The notes: generated from the letters alone by a model not told the origin. Positions 22,240 through 32,594 are shown, counted from the stretch's first letter. The stretch is 64,000 nt of DNA from Phormidesmis sp. (GCA_965248535.1 CBDFJR010000005.1:1568001-1632000); one strand, 5' to 3'. Numbers and translations are program-made.

Positions 22240-22427
22240 ACGGCTAAACCTAAAATGTGTAAAGAGCTTTGAGTAAAAATTAACTCAGTAAAGCAACCGA
22301 TTAAAGAGCAACCTATCAAGAGAAAATGAGGGCGGTCAAGCCAGAGCACAAACCGTTGCCGATTTATAGAATCTCCTTAAATGCAAGATATGACCCAGAT
22401 CGTAGAGAAACGTAACTTAGAGAATCT

Positions 22428-23192
22428 ATGAAACAGGAGGGAATCAGAGACTTTCTGAATTTACCAGGAATTGCGGGCATTGCTCTAATGGATGGACGAT
22501 CGCGCCCGTTTTTTGGCGGCATCAATTACGCCTTTAGTCTTCAGCAAAAGCAAGCCCTCTCTCAAAGCGCTTTGCAAGTGATTGAAACGATCCCAGAAGG
22601 CTTTGAATCGTTTGAATTTCAATTTTCAGCGTATCAGGTTTACATTTATAAATTGGTGTTTGGGCGAGTTCTCCTAGTTTTAGCCCATCAAACTTTAGAT
22701 TATTCAGACTATTCCAAAAGAATTGAATTATTCCAGGAAGCCATTCAGACAGATTTTGAGGAGGCGATCGTTCAGCTACGATCGCTCACCGCGACTCAAG
22801 CGCCCTCTGGTCTCGCCCTGAGTCAAGCCCCCCCTGCAACTCTTCAAGCATCTCAGCCCTCCTCGATCGCGCTTCAAGATATTCTGACCGCCCTCAATCA
22901 TCTCAGCCAGATCACCACCCACTATTTAGGAACACCCGTGATTGTCAATTATCTCAAGTCCACTCGCCCCGATCGAGACTGGCTGCATCAGTTTCAGGTC
23001 GATCGAGCGGCTCAAATTAGCGTTTCTAGCGATGCCCTTGATCTCAGCCAACCCATCAGTCCTGAAGAACAGCAGTGGGTTAGAGACTGGGTGGCTGCTT
23101 TTATTCAACGCTGTTCGCAGATCGTGCGCGACTTTGCGACGATCGTGCAAAAGGCGCTCCATCCTGAACAAGTTGCGCTGCTGTTCCCCTAA
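22428..23192 (+). CDS. Hypothetical protein, possible roadblock-like N-terminal domain
   Basis: FLNLPGIAGIALMDG...FEFQF..YQVYIYKL..LLVL; first gene of the V4R cluster. Confidence 0.65.
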   Translation: MKQEGIRDFLNLPGIAGIALMDGRSRPFFGGINYAFSLQQKQALSQSALQVIETIPEGFESFEFQFSAYQVYIYKLVFGRVLLVLAHQTLDYSDYSKRIELFQEAIQTDFEEAIVQLRSLTATQAPSGLALSQAPPATLQASQPSSIALQDILTALNHLSQITTHYLGTPVIVNYLKSTRPDRDWLHQFQVDRAAQISVSSDALDLSQPISPEEQQWVRDWVAAFIQRCSQIVRDFATIVQKALHPEQVALLFP

Positions 23193-23221
23193 TTTTTCAT
23201 CGCCCCAACTTTATTAAAATC

Positions 23222-23707
23222 ATGGCTAAAACCGTCAGACTCGAACCGATCGCCCAAGAAACCTCTGTCGAAACCAACAGCAATCTCCTCTCTGTCTTGA
23301 TCAATAAAGACTTAGACGTGCTGAGAGAATGCGGCGGCCGCGGGATGTGTGCCACTTGCCACGTCTACGTTCAATCTGGCATGGAGGCGCTCTCCCCGAT
23401 CAACCGTCGTGAGCAGCGCACCCTAGAAGTCATCACTTCCTGCAAATCAAATTCACGGCTAGCCTGCCAAGCCTGTGTCTTAAAAGATGGCGTAGTGGTC
23501 GAACTGCCTCCCGGTATGTATATCAACTCGTTGAAAGACATTGAAGATCTGATTGGTCGTCGGGCCGAACAGGATTTGCTGCACCCGCTGACTGGGCAAG
23601 TCTTAGTTGAGGCCGGAAAATTGATCACCCGATCGATGCTCAATAAACTCGAAGACACCACCAACTTCAACGCGGGCAACTATTTCTCAAACTCATCAGG
23701 TTTGTAG
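23222..23707 (+). CDS. 2Fe-2S ferredoxin with C-terminal extension (slr0148-like)
   Basis: ECGGRGMCATCHV...SRLACQ. Confidence 0.9.
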   Translation: MAKTVRLEPIAQETSVETNSNLLSVLINKDLDVLRECGGRGMCATCHVYVQSGMEALSPINRREQRTLEVITSCKSNSRLACQACVLKDGVVVELPPGMYINSLKDIEDLIGRRAEQDLLHPLTGQVLVEAGKLITRSMLNKLEDTTNFNAGNYFSNSSGL

Positions 23708-23730
23708 GAGGTTTACCAATAGCCTCATCG

Positions 23731-24030
23731 TTAGGCAACCCGCTCTTTAGGCGTGATCGAAAGCTTGAAACCTAACGCATCCAGCATTCTCAGCAGCGTG
23801 GGCAAATCTAGATCCTCCTGATGAGACAAGATGGGCTGAAGAATCGTCTGGTCTATAGCAGACTGATGGGCACCTAGAGCAGTTCGTCGAGCCTCTGTCA
23901 CATTCTTTAAAGCTAAATGTAACTCCTCGTCGTTGCCATCCTCCAAGACAGCAGCTAAATAGGCAGCAGCCTCTTGAGGATCTTTAAGGGACTCAATTAG
24001 AAACGAGTGATAGCTTCTACTCACTGGCAT
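23731..24030 (-). CDS. Addiction-module antitoxin (HI1420-like)
   Basis: YHSFLIESLKDPQEAAAYLAAVLE; overlaps the upstream toxin. Confidence 0.82.
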   Translation of the reverse strand: MPVSRSYHSFLIESLKDPQEAAAYLAAVLEDGNDEELHLALKNVTEARRTALGAHQSAIDQTILQPILSHQEDLDLPTLLRMLDALGFKLSITPKERVA

Positions 24031-24361
24031 TCTCACGCTGTTTGAAGTCAACCCAAAACTTTTTAGCTTGCAAGATGTCTCGATGTTGAGTGCTTTTATC
24101 GCCGCCACAGAGCAGCAGAATGATCAGCTTCTCAAATTGTGCAAAATACACCCGGTAGCCAGGCCCATAATCAATCTTAAGCTCAAAAACACCTTCCCCA
24201 ACAAATCGACAGTCCCCAAGATTTCCTAGAGCAACTCGGTCTAAGCGTTGTTTGATTTTTGCTCTAGCCTCTCGATTTGGCAAAGAATCTAGCCAAGACA
24301 CGAAGGGAACAGTTCCCTGTTTAGTCTCATAGATTAAAAGCTCTCTTGGCTCTGATTCCAT
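24017..24361 (-). CDS. RelE/ParE-superfamily toxin (HI1419-like)
   Basis: RLDRVALGNLGD, GVFELKIDYGPGYRVYF, LLCGGDKSTQ. Confidence 0.92.
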   Translation of the reverse strand: MESEPRELLIYETKQGTVPFVSWLDSLPNREARAKIKQRLDRVALGNLGDCRFVGEGVFELKIDYGPGYRVYFAQFEKLIILLLCGGDKSTQHRDILQAKKFWVDFKQRENASE

Positions 24362-24551
24362 ACAAAAACAAACCACACTGACCTAAAGACTGATTCAACA
24401 GAGCAGGATCATTCTAAAGGAGGGTAGCTTTGCTCTGACGAAGGGACGTTGATGCCCGTTTGCGTAGCCTATCATTGCCCGATATCCGTTATCACCTCTC
24501 GACTATGGGGAACGCTGCATAGAACGTCGATCGACCCAGAGAGGAGACCCG

Positions 24552-25025
24552 ATGCTCAGTCAAATTCAGCGCTTGACCCTAGAAACCGAAGGGCGCTATG
24601 CCACCGATGAAGAACTCGGATTTTTAGCCGACTACACTCGCTCCTTTAACCTGCGAGTTCAGACTTATCAAAAAATTCAGGAATGCGAGGCGGCGATCGT
24701 GCAGCAGGTGCAAACCAAAATGCGCGCCACCGATCCCACCCTCTTTCGCAGCGGCAACGAAGACATCACCGCTAAATGGAAGCGCGACACCCTCCGGGTT
24801 TTGCGCTATGCTGCCGCCGCCATGCTCATTGACGACCCAGAAACCTTGCGCGAACGGTTTCTGTTTTGGTTTCAAACCATCATGCGGGCCTTTAGCGCTC
24901 AACGCAGTTGCAACGTCACCTACACCGTGATGCAGGAGGTCGTCAAACAGCACCTAAATCCTCAACAAGCTAACCTATTTCTGCCGATTTTAGAGGTGAC
25001 TCGACGAATGCTCGGCACCGTGTAG
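24552..25025 (+). CDS. Phycobiliprotein-like globin-fold protein
   Basis: EGRYATDEEL, KWKRDTLRVLRY, AMLIDD..L.ERFL.W pattern; canonical bilin Cys replaced by W. Confidence 0.85.
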   Translation: MLSQIQRLTLETEGRYATDEELGFLADYTRSFNLRVQTYQKIQECEAAIVQQVQTKMRATDPTLFRSGNEDITAKWKRDTLRVLRYAAAAMLIDDPETLRERFLFWFQTIMRAFSAQRSCNVTYTVMQEVVKQHLNPQQANLFLPILEVTRRMLGTV

Positions 25026-25136
25026 ACGGTTTTGCATCGTTAGATCTTTTTCACCGAGGGAACACTGAAGCTAGCGATCCCTCACCCCGATTGCAGCGAT
25101 CCCCCGCGATTTATTCAGAATCTGTTAGAGAGGCTT

Positions 25137-25817
25137 ATGGCGATCCAACTCCCCCACCAAACTCCTGCAAAGCTTAAAAACCCCAAAAAGCATAACCACT
25201 ACGGGTTTAAAGACTTCTTTCAGTTTGACCCTGAGCGCGGCACGATCGTCGATTGGAACGATAGCCAAAACGTTTTGACCACCGAAGATTTCATCATTGG
25301 TTTGGTCGAAGGGTTAGAAGAAGAGGTCGGAGATGCTTCCGCCGCAATCATGTATACGATCGGGTGTGAGTGGGGTCAAAAAGATGCTTTCTTTTTTGAA
25401 AAATGGTTTGAGAAGGAGTTCGATCGCAACATTCGCCAGACCAATCTGCTGTTCTTGCTCGAAACCTGGTGGTGGCCCTTCACCTCTCAAGGCTGGGGGC
25501 GCTGGGAGATTGACATGGGCGATCGTAAGCAGGGTTTCATGTTTATCAACATTTTTGATTCAGCCGTTGCCCGCACTCTTGGCGATGTTGGCAAACCCGT
25601 CTGCTACCTCTATGCAGGCTTATTTGCAGGATTCTTCACCGAACTCGTGAAAAAGCAGTTAAGCTGCATCGAAATTCAGTGCTACTCAATGGGTGAAACC
25701 TACTGCAAGTTTCTCCTAGGCGGACAGGAACGCATTGATGCCGCCTCATTTTGGATGAACGAGGGAGCGACCGCCAGAGATATTGAAAAGCGGCTGCGAG
25801 ACGGAGAACTGCGATGA
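25137..25817 (+). CDS. V4R-domain protein (slr0144-like)
   Basis: GWGRW, SAVAR, PVCYLYAGLFAGFF, EIQCYSMGETYCKF. Confidence 0.92.
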   Translation: MAIQLPHQTPAKLKNPKKHNHYGFKDFFQFDPERGTIVDWNDSQNVLTTEDFIIGLVEGLEEEVGDASAAIMYTIGCEWGQKDAFFFEKWFEKEFDRNIRQTNLLFLLETWWWPFTSQGWGRWEIDMGDRKQGFMFINIFDSAVARTLGDVGKPVCYLYAGLFAGFFTELVKKQLSCIEIQCYSMGETYCKFLLGGQERIDAASFWMNEGATARDIEKRLRDGELR

Positions 25818-26116
25818 ACCGCACCCCCCACCCTCCAGATACTCAGATTTGGCTCCAGTCAACCGTTCAACACTTCTTTAAAACCTGCAATTGGGATGAC
25901 CAGACGATCGAGGTTCAAGAGATCCGGTTCGCCTCGCTCCTTGACGACAACACCGCTCTAGAGTTAACCCTCACCGTCAGTCAATTTTTTGCGGCCGTCA
26001 ATTGGGACGGGTCTACGCTGGCGGCTTCTGCTCCAGGGCTGGCAGAACCAGAACCTGTAGAAGCTGCTGACCCAGACGACTCCTTCACGCTGACCGATCT
26101 ATCGGATTTGTTTTAG
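25814..26116 (+). CDS. Small acidic hypothetical protein of the V4R cluster
   Basis: Duplicated motif TVxxFFxxxNWD; ends FTLTDLSDLF; start overlaps the upstream stop (ATGA). Confidence 0.75.
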   Translation: MNRTPHPPDTQIWLQSTVQHFFKTCNWDDQTIEVQEIRFASLLDDNTALELTLTVSQFFAAVNWDGSTLAASAPGLAEPEPVEAADPDDSFTLTDLSDLF

Positions 26117-26147
26117 CTCAACCTACCGTTGCACCTCCCCTAGAATT

Positions 26148-26645
26148 ATGCAATCGCCTATCGAAGCCGTTTTTGACGAAGCCGAAAATCGATATCTCAA
26201 GCTCGAAGAGTTGAGAGAAGTGACTCACTATGTCACCTCGTTGCCCGATCGGGTCGATGCCTATCGGGCCGCAAGAGACAGCGAGTTAACCGTTATGCAG
26301 CAAGTCGCAGACCAGCTTCAGGCAGATCTGCCTAACGCCTCCGTTGACGCGATCGAGCAGGGTCTTAAAAATGGCATTTTGGTTCTGCGCCATTGTGCGA
26401 TGTCAGTGCTGCTAGATGACGAGACGTTTGTGCAGACTCGCCTGCTCAATTGGTTAGCTGAATCTATTCAGGGGCAAAATGCGAGGGCGATCGATGCCCT
26501 GCTCTACCCGCTTATGACTCAGTATCTGACTCAAGCCTTGACTCCTAAGCAAATGAAGTTTTTAGAGCCACTTTTGACCATGGCACAAAGTGCCCTGCTG
26601 CAAACCGCCGACGCAGAAATGTTAACCGTCGCCGGAATGTTTTAG
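26148..26645 (+). CDS. Second phycobiliprotein-like protein
   Basis: FDEAENRYL, LVLRHCAMSVLLDD..F...RLLNW. Confidence 0.82.
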   Translation: MQSPIEAVFDEAENRYLKLEELREVTHYVTSLPDRVDAYRAARDSELTVMQQVADQLQADLPNASVDAIEQGLKNGILVLRHCAMSVLLDDETFVQTRLLNWLAESIQGQNARAIDALLYPLMTQYLTQALTPKQMKFLEPLLTMAQSALLQTADAEMLTVAGMF

Positions 26646-26683
26646 TCAATTCCTTAATCATTCACCCTCCACCCATCGCCCCT

Positions 26684-27337
26684 ATGATTTCTGTCGCTGA
26701 TTTACTCACCAGTCGCATCCCCGCTAACTACTACACAAGCGAAGTCTATGTGCGGGGCGATTTAGAAATGGGCCTGCTAGAGAGTCGGCGCGGCGATCGC
26801 CTGCTGGCCCTTCCAGAAACGCTGCTTCAGGCAATCTATGCCGGGCTTGATAAAGAAACCGGACAAGCCTCTAAATTGGTGCTGTTTAACTGCGGTCGCT
26901 GGTGGGGCAAAAAATTCTACACTCGCCTGCGCGATGAGTTGACCGACTACTATGGCACTCCGCTGGTGGACATGACCATGAGCGATTTTTTGCAGTGTCT
27001 GAGACAGTGCTGGGCCACCTACGGGTGGGGCAAGATTGAAATCGATCAGAGCTATCACCACCGGGGGTTTCTGGTCGTTCAAACCTGGAATTCTCCCTTT
27101 GCCCAGCAAGCGCCTAAAACGGGGTTGCCTGTTTGTTTTCTAGAAGCTGGCATCTTGGCGGCACTCTTGAGCCAACTGTCTGGGAAAGAGTTGTCCTGCA
27201 TTCAAACTAGCTGTGAATCGATCGATGCTGCGTGTAATCAATTTGTGATCGGGCTAAAAAAACGACTAGAACCTGCTGAAGCGCTCGTTGAAAATCACCT
27301 TGATCACGAGTCGATCATGCCAAAACTCTGTGGTTAG
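26684..27337 (+). CDS. V4R-domain protein (slr0147-like)
   Basis: GWGKI, NSPFA, PVCFLEAGIL, QTSCES...CNQF. Confidence 0.9.
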   Translation: MISVADLLTSRIPANYYTSEVYVRGDLEMGLLESRRGDRLLALPETLLQAIYAGLDKETGQASKLVLFNCGRWWGKKFYTRLRDELTDYYGTPLVDMTMSDFLQCLRQCWATYGWGKIEIDQSYHHRGFLVVQTWNSPFAQQAPKTGLPVCFLEAGILAALLSQLSGKELSCIQTSCESIDAACNQFVIGLKKRLEPAEALVENHLDHESIMPKLCG

Positions 27338-27364
27338 ACGTTTTCTTCATTCCCCTTTTGGCGC

Positions 27365-29052
27365 GTGGCACATCTGCTCGACTCTCAGCTAAAGCGCTCA
27401 AAATATCGGCTGCTTGGATTGATCGGACGGGGACAATTTGGCCGGGTTTATTGCGCTATTCATCGTCAGTCTGGGCAGCTAGTGGCGCTTAAAGCGCTGG
27501 ATCACGATCGCTTCTCAACTCACAGGTTTTTGCGCGAGTTGCGGTTTCTCTTAAGCTTTCAGCACCCCAATATCGTTGGCTGCAAAACTCTAGAGCATCA
27601 GCAGGGTTTGCGCTATTTAGTGATGGACTATTGCGAAGGGGGTTCGCTACGAAATCTGATGGAGCAGCAACGTCTGCATCCGGCTCTCAGCGTCAGACTG
27701 ATTTTAGATGTCTTAGCTGGGGTTGACCATGCCCACAGCCACAACATCGTTCACTGTGACCTAAAGCCAGAAAATATTCTGCTGACGATAAAGCCTAATG
27801 GGTGGGCCGCGCGCATTTCTGACTTTGGCATTGCTCAAATGAGTCAAGAGTTAGCCAACAAGGAAATGGGAGTCACGGGTTCCCCGGCTTATATGGCACC
27901 AGAGCGGTTTTATGGGCAAAACTCTGCGTCTTGTGATCTGTATGCGATCGGCATTTTACTATTTGAGTTGCTGACGGGCTATCGACCCTTTTCTGGCACG
28001 CCGTCAGAGTTGATGTCAGCGCACTTAAATCAGCCTGTCCTGATTCCAGATCAGGTTCCTCTTTCGCTGCGACCGATTATTTTAACGGCGCTGCAAAAGC
28101 TCAAAGCTCGCCGTTTTAGTTCGGCAAATCAGATGGCGATCGCGCTTCAGTTGGCGCTCAAAGCTTGTCCAAATCTTCAAGCAGAGACTCTCTTGATAGA
28201 GCCATTGGCTAGTTTTACCCCATCTTGTCAAGGTCTACGAGAAGAAACTGTCCGGCAACCCCTTCAGCCCAAAGTGATTAAAGGGGCTGCGCTCCTAGCG
28301 GTCGAGGTGATGACCTTAGTGGAGCCGATTCGAGAGTTAGCCGTGCGATCGCAGGGCTGTTTTGTGGTAACCTCTCAGTCGCTCTATCTTTTGAAGGATG
28401 ATCTCTGCCCGATCGTGCCGTTTGCCCAAGATTCCCTAGTGACGATCGAGCCTCAAGGACGCTGGGCCGCAGTGATTGAACCCCAAGCAAAGAATTCGAT
28501 AGGGATTCATCGATTCACAGACTCGGCAGTGGTTAGGGCGGATGTCTACCGATCAGGTGTTTAAACTGCTGGCTCTCGATTCTCGTCATCTCGTGGCCCT
28601 CTCCCATCGATCAAAACCGTTGGGTGACGGTACGCGGCTAGAGTTTTTTGCTCGTCGAGGGCAGACGATCGGGCACTTGGATTTAGCAGTGAATCTCGAT
28701 CGGGCCTTTTTAGGCTTCGATTCTCATAGTTTCATCGCCACCGAACTCGAACAGCCAACGTCGTTTTTGATGATCAATCTCAAGCCGCTCAAGGTGCTGC
28801 GTATCGCGATCGACCTTACGCCAACGTTTTTAGCCGCGACTGCCTGGGGCTATGTCTTGCTGGATGATCAAGAACAACTGGTTTTACTCGATCGAGAGGG
28901 ACACGTCATCAATCGCGCTGTAGCTCCAGTTAAGGCGGCCGCGATCGCGCCCTTGGGTGAATTTGGATTATTTTTGTCAACCTGGGACGGCAGACAAGGC
29001 AGTCTGCTACACGATCGACCTTCAGCCCCTGCTCAAATCAAGGGTTTCCTGA
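27365..29052 (+). CDS. Ser/Thr kinase (SpkG-like) with beta-rich C-terminal domain; apparent frameshifts near 28545 and 29006
   Basis: GRGQFG, HCDLKPEN, DFG, GSPAYMAPE; overlapping ORF 28542-29096 continues it, and a third frame gives YTIDLQPLLKSRVS* at 29052. Confidence 0.78.
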
Positions 29053-29127
29053 AGTCCAGAACTTCCTCCAGCAGTCTGCAAGCCCTTGTAAGCTAATATT
29101 AAGCACTCTAATTTTTATGACTTTCCC

Positions 29128-29841
29128 ATGGTTTACGACTGGCTGACTCCTAGCCACTTTATTATTTTTGGGCTGTTGGTTGGGTTTGCGATCGCCCACA
29201 GTGGTCTGGCAGCGCTGCGGCCTTGGGCCGAAAAGCGCATCGGTGCTCGTCTCTATCGCGTAGTGTTTGCAGTGGTGAGTTTGGGGATTGCCGTGCCGAT
29301 GATCATCTACTTTTTTAATCATCGCTATGACGGGTTAGAGCTTTGGAATGTGAAAAGCGTGCCGGGAGTCGAAGCGATCGTTTGGGTGCTCTCGGCGATC
29401 TCGTTTTTGTTCCTTTACCCAGCTACCTTCAACCTGTTAGAAATTGCCGCCATTCAAAAACCCGAAGTGCATCTTTACGAATCGGGAATCATTCGCGTGA
29501 CTCGACACCCGCAGATGATTGGGCAGGTGATTTGGTGCATTGCTCACACGCTGTGGCTCGGAACCACGTTTACGATCGTCACCTCGATCGGGCTGATCTT
29601 GCATCATCTATTTGGGGTTTGGCACGGCGATCGCCGATTGCAGCTACGGTATGGCGATGCCTTTGAGAAGGTAAAAGAACGCACTTCAACGATCCCCTTT
29701 GAGGCGATTTTACAAAATCGCCAAACGTTCGAGTGGAAAGAATTTCTTCGACCCTCTTATCTGGGAGTCACCGGGTTTATTTTTCTACTTTGGTGGGCAC
29801 ACCCAATTTTAATTGATGCAACTAGCCGCGTACCCTGGTAG
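29128..29841 (+). CDS. NnrU-family membrane protein (zeta-carotene isomerase-like)
   Basis: AHSGLAALR, GARLYR, GIIRVTRHPQ. Confidence 0.9.
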   Translation: MVYDWLTPSHFIIFGLLVGFAIAHSGLAALRPWAEKRIGARLYRVVFAVVSLGIAVPMIIYFFNHRYDGLELWNVKSVPGVEAIVWVLSAISFLFLYPATFNLLEIAAIQKPEVHLYESGIIRVTRHPQMIGQVIWCIAHTLWLGTTFTIVTSIGLILHHLFGVWHGDRRLQLRYGDAFEKVKERTSTIPFEAILQNRQTFEWKEFLRPSYLGVTGFIFLLWWAHPILIDATSRVPW

Positions 29842-29883
29842 GATTGATCCCAAAGCAATAGTAAACACCTATTTAAGTAAACA

Positions 29884-30210
29884 ATGATGCGATCTGTCAT
29901 TGGTGAACAGGTATTTGTAGAGGAAGTTCTGGAATCCTCGTCGCCTGTACTGGTTCATTTTTGGGCACCATGGTGCAGCCTATGCCGTTTGATTGAGCCT
30001 GCGCTGGCAAGTCTACGATCGGAGTCAGGCGGACGAGTCAAACTCATCGGGATCAACGCTGATGAAAACCTAAAATTAGCCAGCAGCTATAGAATCACCA
30101 CACTGCCAACTGTCTTATTGTTTCAAGGAGGAAAACTCCTGCATCGACTAGACAGCTATCACAACCGCGACGAGTTGCGAACTGTTCTTCAGGATGTCAT
30201 TCCAACCTGA
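29884..30210 (+). CDS. trxC: Atypical thioredoxin (TrxC-like, WCSLC)
   Basis: FWAPWCSLCRLIEP, INADENLKLA. Confidence 0.75.
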   Translation: MMRSVIGEQVFVEEVLESSSPVLVHFWAPWCSLCRLIEPALASLRSESGGRVKLIGINADENLKLASSYRITTLPTVLLFQGGKLLHRLDSYHNRDELRTVLQDVIPT

Positions 30211-30243
30211 GCCAGTGCCTGAGACCCTTAAATGAGAACTGAC

Positions 30244-30270
30244 AGGGAGATTGCTTTCGATCTCCCTTTT
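30244..30270 (+). terminator. Terminator after trxC
   Basis: AGGGAGATTG-CTTT-CGATCTCCCT-TTT. Confidence 0.65.
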
Positions 30271-30519
30271 GCCGTGTCAAATGTGGTGTCAAATGTGGAA
30301 CGATCGCTCATCCCTTACGATTCACTTTGCTAGAGATTCTTAAGACAACCCGACTCTTTTGCCTGTCTTCCTACAGATGTTGTCTATAAACAAATTGGAA
30401 ATACTATCCCGTAGATGCTTGAGTCATCAGCCTGCCTCCCAAGATTGGGCGAAGGGTTTATCATGGTCTCCTAAATTGACTACCCTGGATAGTAAAGAAC
30501 CTTAAACTAGGCGTGAGTG

Positions 30520-32594
30520 ATGGAACCGATTTATCAGTATGCCTGGCTAATTCCCGTCTTGCCCCTAGCAGGCGCGATGATTGTTGGTCTTGGGCTAATC
30601 TCATTTAACAAAGATACCAATCGTCTCCGACAGGCAAACTCTATTTTTATCGTGTCGCTTTTGGGTGCCGCGATGACCGCCTCGTTTGCCTTGTTTTGGA
30701 GCCAACTCCACGGGCATCAACCCTACACTCAGATGTTTGAGTGGGCATCAGCCGGAGATTTTCACTTATCAATGGGTTACGTCATTGATCCCCTGGCATC
30801 GCTAATGCTGGTGATCGTGACGACCGTAGCGTTTTTGGTCATGGTCTACACCGATGGCTATATGGCCCATGACCCAGGTTATGTTCGTTTCTATGCGTAT
30901 TTGAGCCTCTTCAGTTCCTCAATGCTAGGGTTGGTGATCAGTCCCAATCTGGTGCAGGTTTATATCTTTTGGGAACTGGTGGGGATGTGTTCTTATCTGC
31001 TGATTGGCTTCTGGTTTAACCGCAAAGCGGCAGCAGATGCCTGTCAGAAAGCATTTGTCACCAACCGAGTCGGCGACTTTGGGTTGCTGCTCGGCATTTT
31101 GGGTTTGTATTGGTCAACCCGCAGTTTTGACTTTGATGTGGTTGCCACACGGCTGCAAGGTTTGGTGGAGTCCGGGGCGATCCCTGGTGCGCTGGCAGCC
31201 TTGTTTGCCATCTTGGTCTTTTTAGGCCCCGTCGCAAAATCGGCGCAGTTTCCGCTCCACGTCTGGCTGCCGGATGCGATGGAAGGCCCGACCCCGATCT
31301 CGGCCCTGATTCACGCTGCAACGATGGTGGCCGCTGGAGTCTTTCTCATTGCTCGAATGTTCCCATGTTTGAAGGCATCCCGTCGTCAATGACGGTGATT
31401 GCCTGGACGGGGGCTTTTACGGCATTTTTGGGAGCCTCGATCGCCATTACCCAAAACGACATCAAGAAGGGCTTGGCCTACTCCACCATGTCTCAACTGG
31501 GCTACATGGTGATGGCGATGGGCGTGGGCGCTTATAGTGCAGGTCTGTTTCACCTGATGACGCACGCTTACTTCAAAGCCATGCTGTTTTTAGGGTCTGG
31601 CTCTGTGATCCACGGCATGGAAAGTGCGGTGGGTCATGATGCCGCCTACGCTCAAGACATGAGAATGATGGGTGGCTTGCGAAAGTATATGCCGATCACC
31701 TCTCTCACATTTTTAGTCGGAACCTTGGCGATTTCTGGAATTCCACCGTTTGCAGGCTTCTGGTCTAAAGACGAAATTTTAGGAGCTACTTTCGCCGCTA
31801 ACCCAGTGCTCTGGCTCGTGGGCTACTTAACGGCGGGGATCACAGCCTTCTATATGTTCCGAATGTATTTCACGACCTTTGAAGGCAAGTTTCGGGGCAA
31901 TGATGCTGCCGTTAAACAGACGATTCGCAATGAGCAACTTCAGGCGATCGGGCTAGCCTTCGGGCCGGGTGCGATGAACCCTAAAGAGCTAACGATGGAG
32001 TCTGCTCACGAAGAAGCCGATCATGGGGATGAGCATCACGGTCACGATCCCCACGAGTCGCCTCTGACCATGACGCTGCCGCTGTTAATTTTGGCAGTGC
32101 CTTCAACCTTGATCGGTCTAGTGGGCACCCCCTTTAACAACTACTTTGAGGCGTTTATTCACGCGCCCGGTGAAGCGGTGCAGGTTGCTGCCGAAGCCGG
32201 ATCAGAGCATCTGTCTGAGTTTTATGTGATGGCAGGTAGCTCGGTCGGCATTTCGCTGATTGGGATCTCGATCGCCACTCTGATGTACCTCCAGCGCAAG
32301 ATTGATCCAGGCGCGATCGCTGCCAAGATTCCCTTCCTGTACAAGCTTTCAAAGAACAAGTGGTATATCGATGAGATCTACAATGAGTTCTTTGTCAAAG
32401 GCAGCCGCCGTTTGGCCCGCCAAGTTTTAGAAGTCGATTACAAAGTAGTAGATGGCGTGGTCAACCTGGCAGGTCTGGCAACGCTGCTGACGGGTGAAGG
32501 TCTCAAGTATCTTGAAAATGGTCGCGCTCAATTTTATGCGCTGATTATTTTTGTCGCGGTGCTGGGTTTGGTGATCTTCTCTGGCGTGACTTAA
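30520..32594 (+). CDS. ndhF1: NDH-1 subunit F1 (one base missing near 31365)
   Basis: Two overlapping ORFs give contiguous NdhF ([22 protein letters not shown] then [12 protein letters not shown]). Confidence 0.93.

Noticed and set aside
23708..23736. GCCTAAC at the antitoxin stop as a possible attC R'' box
   Set aside because: No L''/L'/R' boxes follow before the ferredoxin gene.
31355..31392. Split ndhF as a real pseudogene or two genes
   Set aside because: One base restores a highly conserved NdhF1 and there is no other decay; best explained as a sequencing indel.
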